A stretch of 63,429 bases of DNA, filler included, from Reticulomyxa filosa (taxonomy: Eukaryota; Protista; Foraminifera): the NCBI GenBank assembly GCA_000512085.1. It is 23 parts of 23 records of this genome, joined end to end, with 100 filler letters (N's around TTAATTAATTAA, not from the genome) between each part and the next. Parts side by side here need not be neighbours in the genome. Positions count along the whole stretch, not along the records: positions 10,267 to 11,951 come from ASPP01032990.1; positions 12,052 to 13,234 come from ASPP01009869.1; positions 13,335 to 16,275 come from ASPP01016056.1; positions 16,376 to 24,299 come from ASPP01005461.1; 19 more parts are not named here. One strand, given 5' to 3'. How positions within the stretch are numbered: position 1 is the stretch's first letter; each line of letters starts with the position of its first letter. Of this stretch, positions 10,993 to 24,399 are shown piece after piece. Position numbers and translations under genes: made by a program. Under the pieces are notes generated by a model. The model was not told where the DNA came from, ran no database searches, and was given only the letters and a program-made list of their open reading frames with translations.

Positions 10993-11513
10993 AAAATTTT
11001 CTTGTTTGTTGTTTCCATATTTTCACTTTTTTGGCAATTTTCTTGATGACTTTAATCTTTGCCATTGTTTAATGAATTGGTTTTTTAAAATTAATGCTTT
11101 GTGTTTTGAATGTACTTAAAATTTTTTCTTCTTTGACTACACTGATGCATATTCAACACGTTAAGTAATTTTAAATGATAAAGCAAGTTAACAGTCATAA
11201 AAGTGCAAAAAGAAAACATCATTCTATTAAACGTAGTGCAGTTGCAGTCATCATTAAGTCCCAGATAGGAGATCTGGGAACGTGTGGTCTAGTTCATATT
11301 GTTAAAAATGAGTCGAGAATAGGTGTCATTAGTCTACTATAGCAACAAAAAAACTTACAATTTCGAACTTGTAACGCATAGATTTAATTTACTGAAAAGT
11401 TGCTTGTCAGTATTTTCACATCGATTTTGTCAAAAAAACCTGTTTTGTTTTTTTTTAAGTAAAAACAGCGCTTTGCTTTTTTTTTTCCCCCGTCTGAACG
11501 AAAAGACCGATAC

Positions 11514-11868
11514 ATGTCTAAAAATACTAAAACAGAGGCCAAAGCAGAGACCAAAGAAAAAGAAGATGGCCCCCAGCCCGACTTGAGTGCAGAGCCCTCA
11601 GCAGAGGAGCCAGTAAGGGAAGTATCAACAAAAATCTACGCAAGGGTGCGTAGTTTAATGCCATGGGAGCCCAAGAAAGTGAGTTTGACAGTGGAAGGTG
11701 TCAATCGAGTACGCAACAAAACAGGCAAAATCACAAACGAGTATGATTTTGAAAGAGTGTTTAAGCCTAATAATTCCAACGAAGACGCATTCAAAACGAT
11801 TGTGATTCCAATGATAACTAATGTTTTGAAAGGATTTAACGCAGTTTTAATTGCGTACGGACAAACAG
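11514..11868 (+). CDS. Kinesin motor domain, first exon
   Basis: KIYARVR, YDFERVF and VLKGFNAVLIAYGQTG (start of the P-loop), ending at a GT donor at 11869. Confidence 0.93.
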
Positions 11869-11907
11869 GTTTTTTTTTAAACTAATTTTTCACCAGTATA
11901 CGTATCT

Positions 11908-11948
<41 letters not shown>

Positions 11949-12131
11949 AAANNNNNNNNNNNNNNNNNNNNNNNNNNNNNNNNNNNNNNNNNNNNTTAAT
12001 TAATTAANNNNNNNNNNNNNNNNNNNNNNNNNNNNNNNNNNNNNNNNNNNNGTTCGCAATGAAAGGATCAAAAAAAGTGGAGTGAGATATGTGGATTAGG
12101 TGTTGGACTCCGTTTCAAAGATGTGTGCAGT

Positions 12132-12288
12132 TAATAGCTCTCCATCTTTGTCAAAATCATCATCTTCTTTGAGCGAAGCTTTAAGATCTTGATGAAAAGT
12201 TTTATAGTTTTTGCTAAGAGGAATCGAGTCTGTGTCTGAGCCTGGTTGAGCAAGGCTTGCACCTACTTACAAAACATCCACCAAAAAA

Positions 12289-12324
<36 letters not shown>

Positions 12325-13150
12325 CATTATTATTTCATTCAAAAAAAGTTGTGATATGCAAATGTTTGATATACTTTTTTGTTTTGTTTTGTTTAGCAAT
12401 GAAATGGAAGAAAGCATAAGGCCTCCGTTTCAATCCAAGTACCAAAGTGTATTTTTTTCTGACAAAACTTTGATTGAGGTCATTGTGTTTGGGATGGGCT
12501 TCATTTTTCAATTTGCGATGGTCGAGTTGCCATTGAAGCTTTTGTCTCTTTTTCCAATTGCACAAATCTGCGGCGTGATACGCATAGTTGGTCAGCGCCG
12601 CGATGAACATCATTTCTACGCAAAACAAAACTCCAATTAAGCGAGACCCACGATTTCTGGCCGACACATCATCAAGATCGTGGATTACTTTGATTTCCAC
12701 TAAAAAATCTGTCAACAAATATATTTTCCCTTCTTAAAAAAAAAAAGAAAAGGGGGACTTAATTTTTTTTTTTTTTTTTTTAAAGTTCACAAATATTACC
12801 AATAACAGTTTGCTGAAGCTGCAAAAGAGGGACCAACAATTTGATAAGCACGACTTTGACACCGATTCTGTCCATACGCGACAAAGGCAGTAAGTTATGT
12901 GTGAAGCAAGAGATGCCTTGAGCAGGGATGAAGGTGCAGAGCAGCACGAGCATCTTGACAGCCACCACCGGCGCCGAGCTGTTGATTTTGTCGTCGCGAT
13001 CGTACAGCGTGATCACCGACTGTGCATACGCCACAAACGGCTTCACAAAGATCAAATAGCAGAACCAGCGTCGATATTGCATCCCTTCCCACGCATTCGA
13101 TCGCATTAAACATTGTCTTTTTTCGCAACGGGGGAATCCACAATGGTCAC
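12132..13150 (-). CDS. TMEM184 / organic solute transporter alpha family protein, C-terminal exons
   Basis: KVVLIKLLVPLLQLQQ and LFCVEMMFIAALTNYAY resemble the K-F-x-x-I-K-x-V-V-F...Q and L-x-C-x-E-M...Y-A-F motifs of this family. Multiple TM segments. Confidence 0.72.
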
Positions 13151-13193
13151 CTTAAAAAAAAAAAATTTGAAAAAAAAAAAAAAATTTTAACCT

Positions 13194-13234
<41 letters not shown>

Positions 13235-13959
13235 NNNNNNNNNNNNNNNNNNNNNNNNNNNNNNNNNNNNNNNNNNNNTTAATTAATTAANNNNNNNNNN
13301 NNNNNNNNNNNNNNNNNNNNNNNNNNNNNNNNNNATTACAAAACGAATCATCATTACGACAATTCACGCTGTATTCATGCAAAGATTGATCACTGGAACC
13401 ACATCGAATATGGCTCAGCGCACAAGAGCCTACTCCTGAACAATCAATGTCTTCAAAACCATAAAGTGATTCGTTATAACATTTGGAATTTTCTATTTTA
13501 AAGAGTATATAATGTACATTCCGCTTTTAAATGATCATATTTTACCCCCTTTTTTTCTTCGTTTTGTTCCTCAATGTCTTCCCTCTATTTGATACATGAA
13601 CAATCAGCAACTGACCACAATTCAAAACAAATCCTGACACAAAATTGTACACAAATAGATTTGCAATAAGAAATGCCGAGAGCCAACACATTACTAAAAT
13701 GCAAGGGTTTTTTGAAAACTTGTTCAAAACAAAAAGTGATGCTACCTTGTAAACTTCATTGAATAAATATAGTTTGAAATGTTTTCAATGATTGCTTTAC
13801 AAAGTACTTTGGGCAAGTTTCCAAGCAAATTTTTTGAAAACACTCTTTAAATTTTTGTTCGGAAAAAATGATCGTGATGATACAATCGAAAACTTTGGAG
13901 CTTGTTTTTGTTTGAGCAAGATGGTTACATCCAAAAAAAAAAGCCTAAAATTGTCTGAA

Positions 13960-15007
13960 TCATTTTGTAGACCGGAGCAACTTGTCAGTGCGGTCTAGTC
14001 GTTCTTGTAGTCTACTCACAAATGTAGCAATACTTTCGCTTCTATTTTCATTATCGTACTTGTTTTCGTTACGAGAAACTGTTCCGTTAGTGCTGACCTT
14101 TTGGGGGCTCCGCGTTTCGAAATTAACTTTTAAATCAGTCCCAGTTCCATCATTCAGGATTGATGTTGTGTTATGGCGAAGTAATCCTCCAGAAATGAAA
14201 TTTACACTGTCAATATAGCTACCATGTTCGCTATTTTGAGAATTACTGTCAAGTAATGAACTTGGCAACGCCGGTGAACCAACTGTACTTTCTTTGAATG
14301 ATTGAATATTGACAAAACTCCCAATTGTTTGGTTGCTTTCTGAAGAAAAGGGTGACTTTCCAAACTTGTTGGACAAGCCATAGAACGGCTGTTCTTTACT
14401 TTTGTCAGGGAGAGATGTGGGTTTAACTTCTTTCGAATCTTTGGCTAAGCCATCGCTTTTGTGTTCAGAGGACAGCACCATAGATGTATCACTATCCTTT
14501 TCTTGCTGAGCGTCAATTATTTTTGTGTTAAACTGAAGATTTGCTTCTAAGTAATGTAGCTTTCCTTCAATTAATGTTAATCTAGCATTCACAGTTTCAC
14601 TATGTTTATTGAATTTAAGCTGCAACGATTCCAGCCGCTCCGAAATTTGTAATAGTATCTACATTTATTTGTTAAAGATTATTAGCCCTTAAATTTAATT
14701 TTTTATTTCTTGCTTATTTTTTTTTAGTGCTGGTACAAGTTATTTAAAAAGATAAAAAACTAAAGGGAATTGAGTTCAGTTTATTGAATCTTTTAAATAA
14801 GATTATAATATTTTGTATTTTTTTGAAAAAATAAGCGTCTATATTTAAAACTGAGTTTGTGTGGTTGTCTTTTTGCTCACTGGTTTCGTTTTCATTCCCA
14901 ATTTTTGACCTAAGGTGCTCGTGAATACTTTGACTTGTGTCAGAAAAACTTTGGCTTCTACTTTGATTTTTGCCTGGAATATGTTGAGTCGGCTTTGTCA
15001 TCAACAT
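13960..15007 (-). CDS. Hypothetical Ser-rich protein with short coiled coils (multi-exon)
   Basis: 221-aa and 87-aa open frames separated by an AT-rich intron-like segment. Confidence 0.55.
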
Positions 15008-15290
15008 ATATACATATTTTCAAAAGTAACAAGCGAGACAGAAAGAAAAGTGAAATGATAAACGCAAAAAGATTGTACAAGCGTTTCAACTATATTGTTA
15101 TCATAATGATGAGTAATGCTATTTAAAGCAACGTCACAGCTCAAATTTGCAAGAAAAATTTTTAAATAGAAGAGAGAATGAAATAATTACAAAAGATATT
15201 ACAACAAATCTTTTAAAAAACTACTTGAACGGAAATTGAGGTAGTCAGCCCCTTGTTTGTCCAAAAAAAGATCAAAAATAATCACGTATA

Positions 15291-16196
15291 ATGTCTGCTA
15301 ATATCCCTGCACTGCCAAAGGACTTTGAGTATGTATTATTTCTGAATGAGAATTTCGTGAATGAAAAACTGATAAACAATCTGAAGCTTCGTATAAGTGC
15401 TTGCAGCGGTTTAGAAGTGGAATACTACAATGAGCTGGCACAACACAAGGTTCATTTTTTGACGATAAGAATGACAAAAAACTGGATAGTGAAATATATA
15501 GAAGCGCATATGGACACACTGGACGAGATATTGGACGTGACATCATTGGAGCCAACCTTATCTTCATTTCAAAAGAAAAAGGAAAAAGCAGGGCAAGAAG
15601 ACCTAGTGCAATGGTACAATAGATTTCCGAACAAAGAAGCAATTCTTTCCGCAAGCGTAAGAAATCACATAATCTACCATGCGTTGGTCGAAATAAAAAT
15701 AGACAAAGATTTTGTAGAGCTAGTGAAGCAAGAAACCAAAAGCGACAATACAAAGCAAGCGCTTGTCAAAAACATTGAGAATGAAAGCGAAGAAGAAAAA
15801 TCATTGATTCTCAACTGTCTACATTTGGATTGGATTGAACAATTGTTGCCTGTGTATTGCAACGAGACCACTGATCGCAAAACCTTTTGGAAACATTGGC
15901 ACAGGTTTTTACTTTTTTTTTTTTTTTGATTGGGCTGAGTCATTCACGAAATTGATTGGTTGCCTTTTATAGATGTTGTAACCTCATTCTATCACTAGCA
16001 ACACCAACAACAAAAAAAATAGGTTGTTTGTGTTTGTAAAAGACCAAACTTTGGATACCATTCGCGATTATTATGGGGAAGAAGTCGGCTATTACTTTGC
16101 TTTCATGGATCATTACATCAAATGGCTTATCATTCCAGCCTTGTCTGGTATCTTTTTATATGCCACCGGTCCAACCAATTTTAACATCGATCACGG
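15291..16196 (+). CDS. Anoctamin/TMEM16 family protein, N-terminal exons
   Basis: LDTIRDYYGEEVGYYFAFMDHYIKWLIIPA matches the conserved I-R-x-Y-F-G-E-x-x-x-x-Y-F-A signature preceding TM1. Confidence 0.88.
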
Positions 16197-16375
16197 TTTG
16201 TTTTTATTTTGCTTGGTCAAATAAATAATGCAAAAAAAAAAACAAATAAAAACAAATTTTTTTCACGACAATACTNNNNNNNNNNNNNNNNNNNNNNNNN
16301 NNNNNNNNNNNNNNNNNNNTTAATTAATTAANNNNNNNNNNNNNNNNNNNNNNNNNNNNNNNNNNNNNNNNNNNN

Positions 16376-16407
<32 letters not shown>

Positions 16408-16468
16408 GGGAGAAAAAAAGGAGGGGGCGGGAACACTTAAAAAAAAAAAAAAAAATGAACGTTTGATC

Positions 16469-17016
16469 TTAACCTTGGATGTTGCACTTGCGACACACAT
16501 AATTGCCAGGCGGACCTTTTCCGGTCACATTTGGGCAATCGTATACATAATGCCCTTGAATACCACATTTGCGGCATATATAGTTGCTCGGTGGGGTGTT
16601 ACTAGTTGCTTTTGTGTTCATTGGCATATTTATGTGTTGAAGGGAAGGCAGTACTCCAGAGCTCCTGGTATGTGCATTCACATTTTTTTTTTCAAACCAC
16701 TTTTTTTTTTTTATTATTATCCATTTACACGCAAAAACGGCACTTTTTTTTTTCCTCCTCCTCATGAGGAGGAAGGGCACAAACAACCATACCCAAGCCC
16801 TTGCAGGTATGTCATTTCAATCATTTTTTGAAGTGTACGGGTTTCGTTCAGAGACAATTGAATAACAAACTGTCCGTTTTTAGGATGGACTGACATTTGT
16901 TGCTCCGCCATTTGAAGCTTTGAACGTAGCGAGTCCAATTCACCCGTTGTGAATGTATAGGGCATTAGCGCTGGTACAGACTGAGTCTGATTCAATAATA
17001 ACGATTTTTGAAGCAT
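16469..17016 (-). CDS. CCHC zinc-knuckle protein (ZCCHC24/RBBP6-type PPxNY-CxxC knuckles), partial
   Basis: PPSNYICRKCGIQGHYVYDCP, followed by a second PPGNYVCRKCNIQG cut by an intron. Confidence 0.8.
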
Positions 17017-17852
17017 AATCAAGGATACTTCAAATAAACGAGTTTTTTCTTTGTCTCTTTTTACTGTGTTCACTGTCAAACAAATTTTAAAAAAAGTAGT
17101 TCTCATTCCAAAAATTAAGTTAGCGTTAACATTAAAGCTAGATTTTAAAGACGATTTATGCAAAACGGCTGTCTTTGCGTTCAATTAACTACTTTTAAAA
17201 TACGAGATAAGAAATCAATTGCATCAGTCAGTGGCAAACATATTATCTTTGAAAAATGTAAAAAAAAAGACAAGATCAATTGCATTAATACATTTAACTA
17301 TATACAACTTAACGATTTTATGTTTATTTTTACTTTCGCCATATTTTTATAAACTATTCTTTTATTATTATTATTCGAATAGAGCTGTTGTAGGAACTAC
17401 AAGCATATCAAAGTTTAATGGACTATGCCAAGTGAAAGATTCAATGATGACAATAATATATTCTTAAGCCTATCAATTACAAGCCAAATACATTGAAAGA
17501 AATAAATGTGCTTAAAAATCTAATAAACAGCAAAAAAACATGAGAAACTTACGATAAAAAAATCCAGTGAAAACGATGAAACAAAACAAGCATAAACAGC
17601 GTATATATGTATATTTGTACTTTAACCACATGCACAATTTTCAAACAAGCGGTATCTTTACAAAACACGTGATTTTTCGAGATGATTTTTTTTTTTTGAG
17701 AACCAATGAAAAAGAGACAAGAGCACAAAAAAAAAGTCCTCAAGCAAATAAAAAAACAATTAAAAAAAAAAAAAAAGCTAAGGCAAAAAACTAGCGACAA
17801 AAAAAAAAAAAAGAAAAGAAAAAGTGAACCATATCAAAGTCAGTTTTTTTTT

Positions 17853-20592
17853 TTAGGTCGACTTTTCTGTCGTAGTGTCCGTCCTTATAATACTCCCAAT
17901 GTCGACCAAAGCTATCATATAAATAATAATTTTAAAAAAAAAAAAAAACAGTATATAGACATACATATGACTTGCATAAGATAAATAAAGATGAGAAAAG
18001 AACACACAAAGAAATGGTACACAACTCATGCGTGGTGTGAGTTCAAGACAGCTTGGATTGCTTTTGGTAAGTGTCTCAGTGTCAATCGAAGGGGATTGAC
18101 TCTGAATAGACTTGCGCTCAGTGGCAGGGATGGAGAGTTTGGTGTGGTCAATCGTGTGAGTTTGTAGATCAATCGACGGGAGAGGATTGGACAATTCGTT
18201 ATTGCGCGAGTTGTGTCTCTTAACGAGACTACTATTTTGAGGGGTGTTTCGATAGCGGCAACGACAGGGTAGCCATGGCAACCATTGCAGCCATTTCTCG
18301 ATATTTTCCTCATGAAATGATAAAATTGTCGCACTCAAAATTAACACTGGTATTGCAATAAACAGCAGCGCGGGAAGGACAGGCGAAGATGGACCTCCAA
18401 TGCCATAACAACTACTTGCATCGCCACCATTTTCCATTGTACTTTGGCAAATATGTGTATACACATGGCACATGCATATATTGATGTATGCTGTATACAT
18501 ATATGTGCATCGTATGAACAAACAACAAGCAATAGATAATGGATAACAAACCAAAGAACTCTTTTTTCTGCCGATTGACGGGTTCTCGTGTAGCTGTAAT
18601 AGCCATTAAACGAGACTGCGGCAATGCAAACCCAGCTGCCCACCATGCCGAAATAAAAAAGCGATAGACGGCAGCCCAGCTGCTTCATTTGGTTGGCAAA
18701 GTCGGCTGACGCTGTCGTGCGAGTAGTTTGCCACAGCAACAACCCTGCCCAAGGTAACACAATCACCATTACAAAGGTCGGAACGATGATTGGCAAAACC
18801 GCATAAATAAACACCAAGTTTTGGCTATCTGTTGAAACGGGGAAACATGAGCCTGATCATGTTCAAACGATGTGATTCATTGTGATTATCAAAAGGGGGG
18901 GATGAGGAAGAGAGTATACGTTTTTTTTGTGTTTGTTTTTTTTTTTTTTTTTTGCTAAAAAAAAACTACTTGTAGGGTGATAGGCACCAAACGTATTCTG
19001 AATAATTGCCCCAAGTAAGAAAGAAAGGGTAACAATCCACATCAGAATGTGCCATTTGAAGCTTGAAGCACAAATACATCCCACACAGCAACGACCACAC
19101 GAGGTTTCACTGAACGAAGTTGCGCGCAATCGTCGTTCCAGTTTGTATTTGAATACCGTACACTTATTGCCATCCCAGTCGGGCTTAAACACTGACACAG
19201 AAGAGTCGTCTCTGGAATCAAAGGGGATACTTCTTATCCGCACTCTCATAAGGAGTGTATCCAACCAGTCGCAATTTATGTGGAACTGTGACATCAAGCT
19301 GTGTTTCAATGGACGATAAAATTGATGCCAAAGGGACAACGAAAACGCTATCGAATAGTTGCCTATAGTTAGTTCACTTCCATAAATTGCAATGCCAGCT
19401 AAAAGACATGGAATCCATCCCGCTTTTGGATTGTTTACTATTGTTATTATTATTATTATTATTTTTTTTTAATCACATGATTGCTATATGTTGTAATTGT
19501 ACACAAATCAAGATTTTTCCATATACGTTCCAATTTAAACCCCCCTTTTTTTTTTTTTTTTTTTTTAACATGAAAGAACTCTTGATTTGCTTCCATTGTC
19601 CGCACATAACACGTTATCCAATCCAACGATTTCGATAAGCGCAAATGTGGTCAGCACGATAATCCACGATATGGTAATCATCGTTGACGAGTGATGCAAA
19701 ATGCCACGCTCCCAAAAAGGTATTTTTTGCCTGCGATGATCCGCTACTTGGTTCATAACCAACACAATGAGAAACAGCACTCCCACTGCACACGAGGTGA
19801 TTTTGATAGTACGAAGTATTTGTAATGTTTGTGGCGAAATTCCACTTATCAATCCGTTGTATTGACAAGCAATACCACACTTTCCTTATTTTTGTTGTCG
19901 TCACCAAAAAGAACCGTTTTGTGTCGTATTTCAACCCCCCCCCCCCCCCCTTTTTTTTTTTCTTTCCTACTTTTAAATCATAAGCCCAAAAGAAACATAC
20001 ACGTATACAAAAAACAAATATATGTATCATGTACAACAACAAACCAAAGTAACCAGCCTTGGACTCGACCAACGGCAAGGGACAGCTTTGCTGGTTGCCT
20101 ATATCGTCTTCAATGGTATAATTGGAGCAGTTTACTCCAAGTTTTGTGTAGTTGGTTGAATAATTGGAGATTAGCACATTTTCTGGAATCAGACAATAAA
20201 ACTCTTGACAAAACAGTATCTTCACTGGTAATCGTATAATCACTATCTCCGGAAAACCTCCATAGAAACTTCTGTCGGTGTTACACAATAGCCCAGGTGC
20301 TTTTCTGTCAATTATTGCTACTATCAACGTTTCATTCCACTATTTTTCCATGGGAAGGAGAGAAAAAAAAAAAATGGTACATATACTCCTTATGTCCAAT
20401 TCTTTTTGGCATATGAGGATATCACGCCTATAAACAATCCAAAACTTCGTAGACGTTCTCTGGCAGCTGGTAATCCGATCCCAGCAGATCTTGTAAGTAA
20501 CCCTCCAACGTTGGATCTGCTGTTGCGTACTGAATTGTTGTTTGGCTTCGGATAATGCCTATGATAAGTTGCAACCAAATCAATATTAGCAT
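17853..20592 (-). CDS. Multi-exon multi-pass membrane protein with signal peptide and Cys-containing ectodomain (receptor-like; possibly disrupted)
   Basis: MLILIWLQLIIGIIRSQ N-terminus, an N-glycosylation/Cys-rich exon, about 7 hydrophobic segments over several exons and a Ser/Pro-rich tail. The first exon frame hits a stop. Confidence 0.5.
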
Positions 20593-22777
20593 TGCTTCCT
20601 TATTTGTGGAATGATATGAATTCTTTGAAAAATTTTCGATATCACCACTTTCGTCACCAACAAAGAAAAGTCTAGTTTTCTTTTATGTTACAATTTTTAA
20701 AAAAATTATTGAGTATTTGGTGACATTGTGTATTGTTTGATTATTTTCAATTGAAATAGCTAATTGGAGATAATTAAATAAGAAGTCACTTTATCATCTA
20801 GTCCTCCGATGTGTATATGATTGTCTTCTTCATTCAATATTGCAATAAATTGTTCAATGGATTTGATAACGTGCTTTCAAATGTCTCTATTGTTCTTCCT
20901 AAATTGAATACTTGTGCAATGACTTTGAAACAGTATTACCATGTTCACCAAAGAACAAGATGGCATCATTGATACATATTCATAATTTCTCAATGTTGTA
21001 ATACTGTCATAAACAGAAAGTTTATGAAATGGAATCCAAAGAAGAATTGTAAAATTGATGAAGTAAACTTATATACTGGAACGAAATATTTGCAAGATGC
21101 CGAAACAAAAGCTTTAGAAACGTTGAAACCCAAAAGTAAAAAAAAGAAAACGAAGTTAAAAAATTGGTAAAAGTTTTGTATGAAAAAAACTAACATTCGA
21201 CTAGATTTACAATCAACTGGCGATATTCAAAACAAGATCGGTAGTCAGCTGTATCAATAAAAAGAAATTTTTTAATGAGTTGTTACAATATCCTTGTTGT
21301 TTTGAATTTTCAATTGTAACACGGTAATCCGCAACACGAGACAACTGTCAAATTTGAATGAAGCTCTTTCTAAACAATAAGAAATCTTTAGGTGAAACGA
21401 AAGACACAGCCCCTTCTGAAGAGAAAATAAAGTAAAACGAAGAATATCGATGTTAAATCAAAATATCATTTTTTGGGTATAATAAAGACTTTTGCTCAAG
21501 ATGTGCAAAAAGCTAAATATCGTTGGAAAACTTGTTCACTTTGGAAGTGGAGAAAGCATTACATATTAAATACTGTTATTTGCATTGCGATAAATTGTAC
21601 GACTACTATATGCAAAGAACTGATCAATGCTTAAATAATGCTAGATAACACCATAAGACAATCAAGAGCGATACGAAATGAAAGGTAAGTAATTGATATT
21701 GTTTTCAATGTTGAACAAAATGTAAGACTGATCATGATTGTCCTTGTATCGAATAAAGAAAAGTGCAGTGCTACACTCGCTGGAATCCAAGTGGTAAGAA
21801 ATAAATAAAAAAAAGAAAACTAGCAGTCGATAGGTCTTCAAAAAACAATGCTATTTTGAACAAGCTTCGCAAGGAAAAATCCAGAAGTGTATGTAATATC
21901 CATTCGCTTTGTGAACATATCTGAAGTGACAAAATTGAAACAACAAGTGGCACTGAAGTAGCCACCAAACAAAACTAACTAAACGTTCAAAGGGATTTAT
22001 TAGCTTGATCATGTAAGTTGATACTGAATCTATTGCTAGCTTGTATATGAATAAAAATTATTTGCTGTAAGAAGAAACGACATAATATACTTTACACGTT
22101 GCGAATCAAACTTCAAAATGCTTACCCAAAGTAAATGATCACAAAAATGCTGCAGAATGACACAATGCTGTGGGCAGTGCTATCGTGAATCAAATTTCAT
22201 TAAATGAAGCACTATTGAAGAGTCTAAACGACTAAAACGAAGATGAATTGATGCAACACCATCTCGACATAATAAGCGTCTCAGCAACTGAAGAGAATGT
22301 CCACGCTGAAACTCTAAAGTGACTGCTAAATAAAAGGCAATATTTGAAGACTATAATCTTTTGAAACAATATACTTGCAGTGGTTTACTATGCAATCGAA
22401 TTGTTATGAAAAACTGTTAAAATTTATTGATGACACAAAGGATATGCAAGTGCATAAACAGACAGCTCTAGTAGTGATATTCGTAAATTTTTCTTGTATG
22501 AAGAACAATTAGAAATGTTGCATTATGAAGAGTATATGACTGATCTTGTCAATTATTTTGATCATTTTTGCACAATAAACTCTACAAAGTGATATAGTCT
22601 TGACAAAAAAAATATGACTGATTTAATAAGAAGATTGTAGAAGATATTGTTGCTATAGACACACAAAGAAAGTTACTAAATAATGAATGCATTGCATGTA
22701 AGCTGTAGTGATCATGACAATAAAATGATCAAGCTCAAAAGGTTGCTAGATCCAATAAACAACGAAATAAAATATAT

Positions 22778-23153
22778 AATATGTTGCATAAAAAACTGAA
22801 CACATAAAATGCCATCTTATGAAGATTATTGATTTTCTACAAGAAAAACAGACATTATCATAATTTTTAAAAATATGTATAAATGTTGTTTTTACATTAA
22901 AAAGTTTTTTTCAGTTGACCTATAATTTTTTTTATTGTTGCTTTTAAAATTTTACAAAAACCATATGAAAAAATGACATTTTTATCCACTTCAAAAAAAA
23001 GCTATTCAAAAATAAATTCTACATTTTAAAACTACAACATTTGTAGATATTTTTAAAAAAAAATTAGTATTAAATATCTGTTTTTCATGGAGAAAATCAA
23101 TAATCTTCATAAGGTGACATTTTAGGTGTTCAGTTTTTTTGCAAGCTACTGTA
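22778..23153. mobile_element. Tc1/mariner-type MITE (~375 bp) with ~75-bp imperfect terminal inverted repeats
   Basis: 22784-22853 TTGCATAAAAAACTGAACACATAAAATGCCATCTTATGAAGATTATTGATTTTCTACAAGAAAAACAGAC is the reverse complement, with mismatches, of 23076-23144. The right end reads TA|CAGTAGCTTGCAAAAAAACTGAACACC on the minus strand. Confidence 0.85.
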
Positions 23154-23673
23154 TTATGAAATAATTTTTACAATAAACTCAAAATATCACAGTACAAAGC
23201 ATTAAATAAGTATATTGAACAAAAGCAAGCTACTGTATACAAGTTCACATTATGTATGCAATAATCAAAGCAAAACATCACAACAACCATGAAAAACTTG
23301 AAAAAGTATAAAAAGATATATACAAAAGTTTAATTGAATTCATGCCAAAATAAATACAAGTTATTACAGACACTAAAGTCAACAAAGTGTAAAAAAGATT
23401 AACTTTACAATTTGAAAAAGTATCTTTTTTAATATTTTTTACCACTATGGTATTGATGTATTCATTTATTTTTGTAACCCATCACAAAGCAACGTTCAAA
23501 TAGTTTGTGACTCTTATTTAATTATTTTTGGTTTGTTTGCTACAGTTGAAGTAATGCATAGCCTAAAAGTTATTGAACTATTTAATTTTGTCTGTTTAAT
23601 GAATATCTTAATTAAACCTGAAAAACCAAATAAAGTGAGCTAGAATGTACAGTTTCATTGCCATTTTTTGAGA

Positions 23674-24230
23674 TTATGCTTTACAGTTTCCGACAAAAGT
23701 TTCATTTTCTCTTCGTTTGGTGAGACATAAAATCTCTGTTTGGCATTTTGTCCAGACCTCAAGCTATTACATGAGGTTTGTCCTTCACAATTTGCAAAAT
23801 TGGCGATCATATTTTCGTACATTTGTTTGTCAGATTGGCTCAGCGATGTCCATGTATTATTCTGTTGCCAAGGATCGATATCTGTGGTATGAACAAAATA
23901 AAATCAAAAGTGGATCATCGTAATTCGGAAAAAAAAGAGGGAGTAAAAAAAAAAAACAGAGCCTATATTGTAACCGATATCATAAAATTCTCCCTGTCCT
24001 TCTGGTAAGTCGGATGGACAATCGACACGATTATATCCCATATCATAGCAGATAAAACTGCAATAGATAATACCATTGATTTGATTGGCACCAATGCTGC
24101 GAACACATTGATATGTGTTATTCCATTGATCGCAAACAGCTGGGCCATATCCTGGGATCGCACATGTGCAATGTTCGACCACGCTATTGTTCACATTGCT
24201 TGGATCTTGTTCACCTGGTTTGTAATATTG
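23674..24230 (-). CDS. Cys-rich hypothetical protein, last two exons
   Basis: Exon HCTCAIPGYGPAVCDQW...EFYDI splices (GT-AG) to DIDPWQQNNTW...FVGNCKA-stop at 23674. Confidence 0.6.
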
Positions 24231-24238
24231 CAAAAAAA

Positions 24239-24271
<33 letters not shown>

Positions 24272-24399
24272 GTGTATATATGTATATGACATATACACAN
24301 NNNNNNNNNNNNNNNNNNNNNNNNNNNNNNNNNNNNNNNNNNNTTAATTAATTAANNNNNNNNNNNNNNNNNNNNNNNNNNNNNNNNNNNNNNNNNNNN

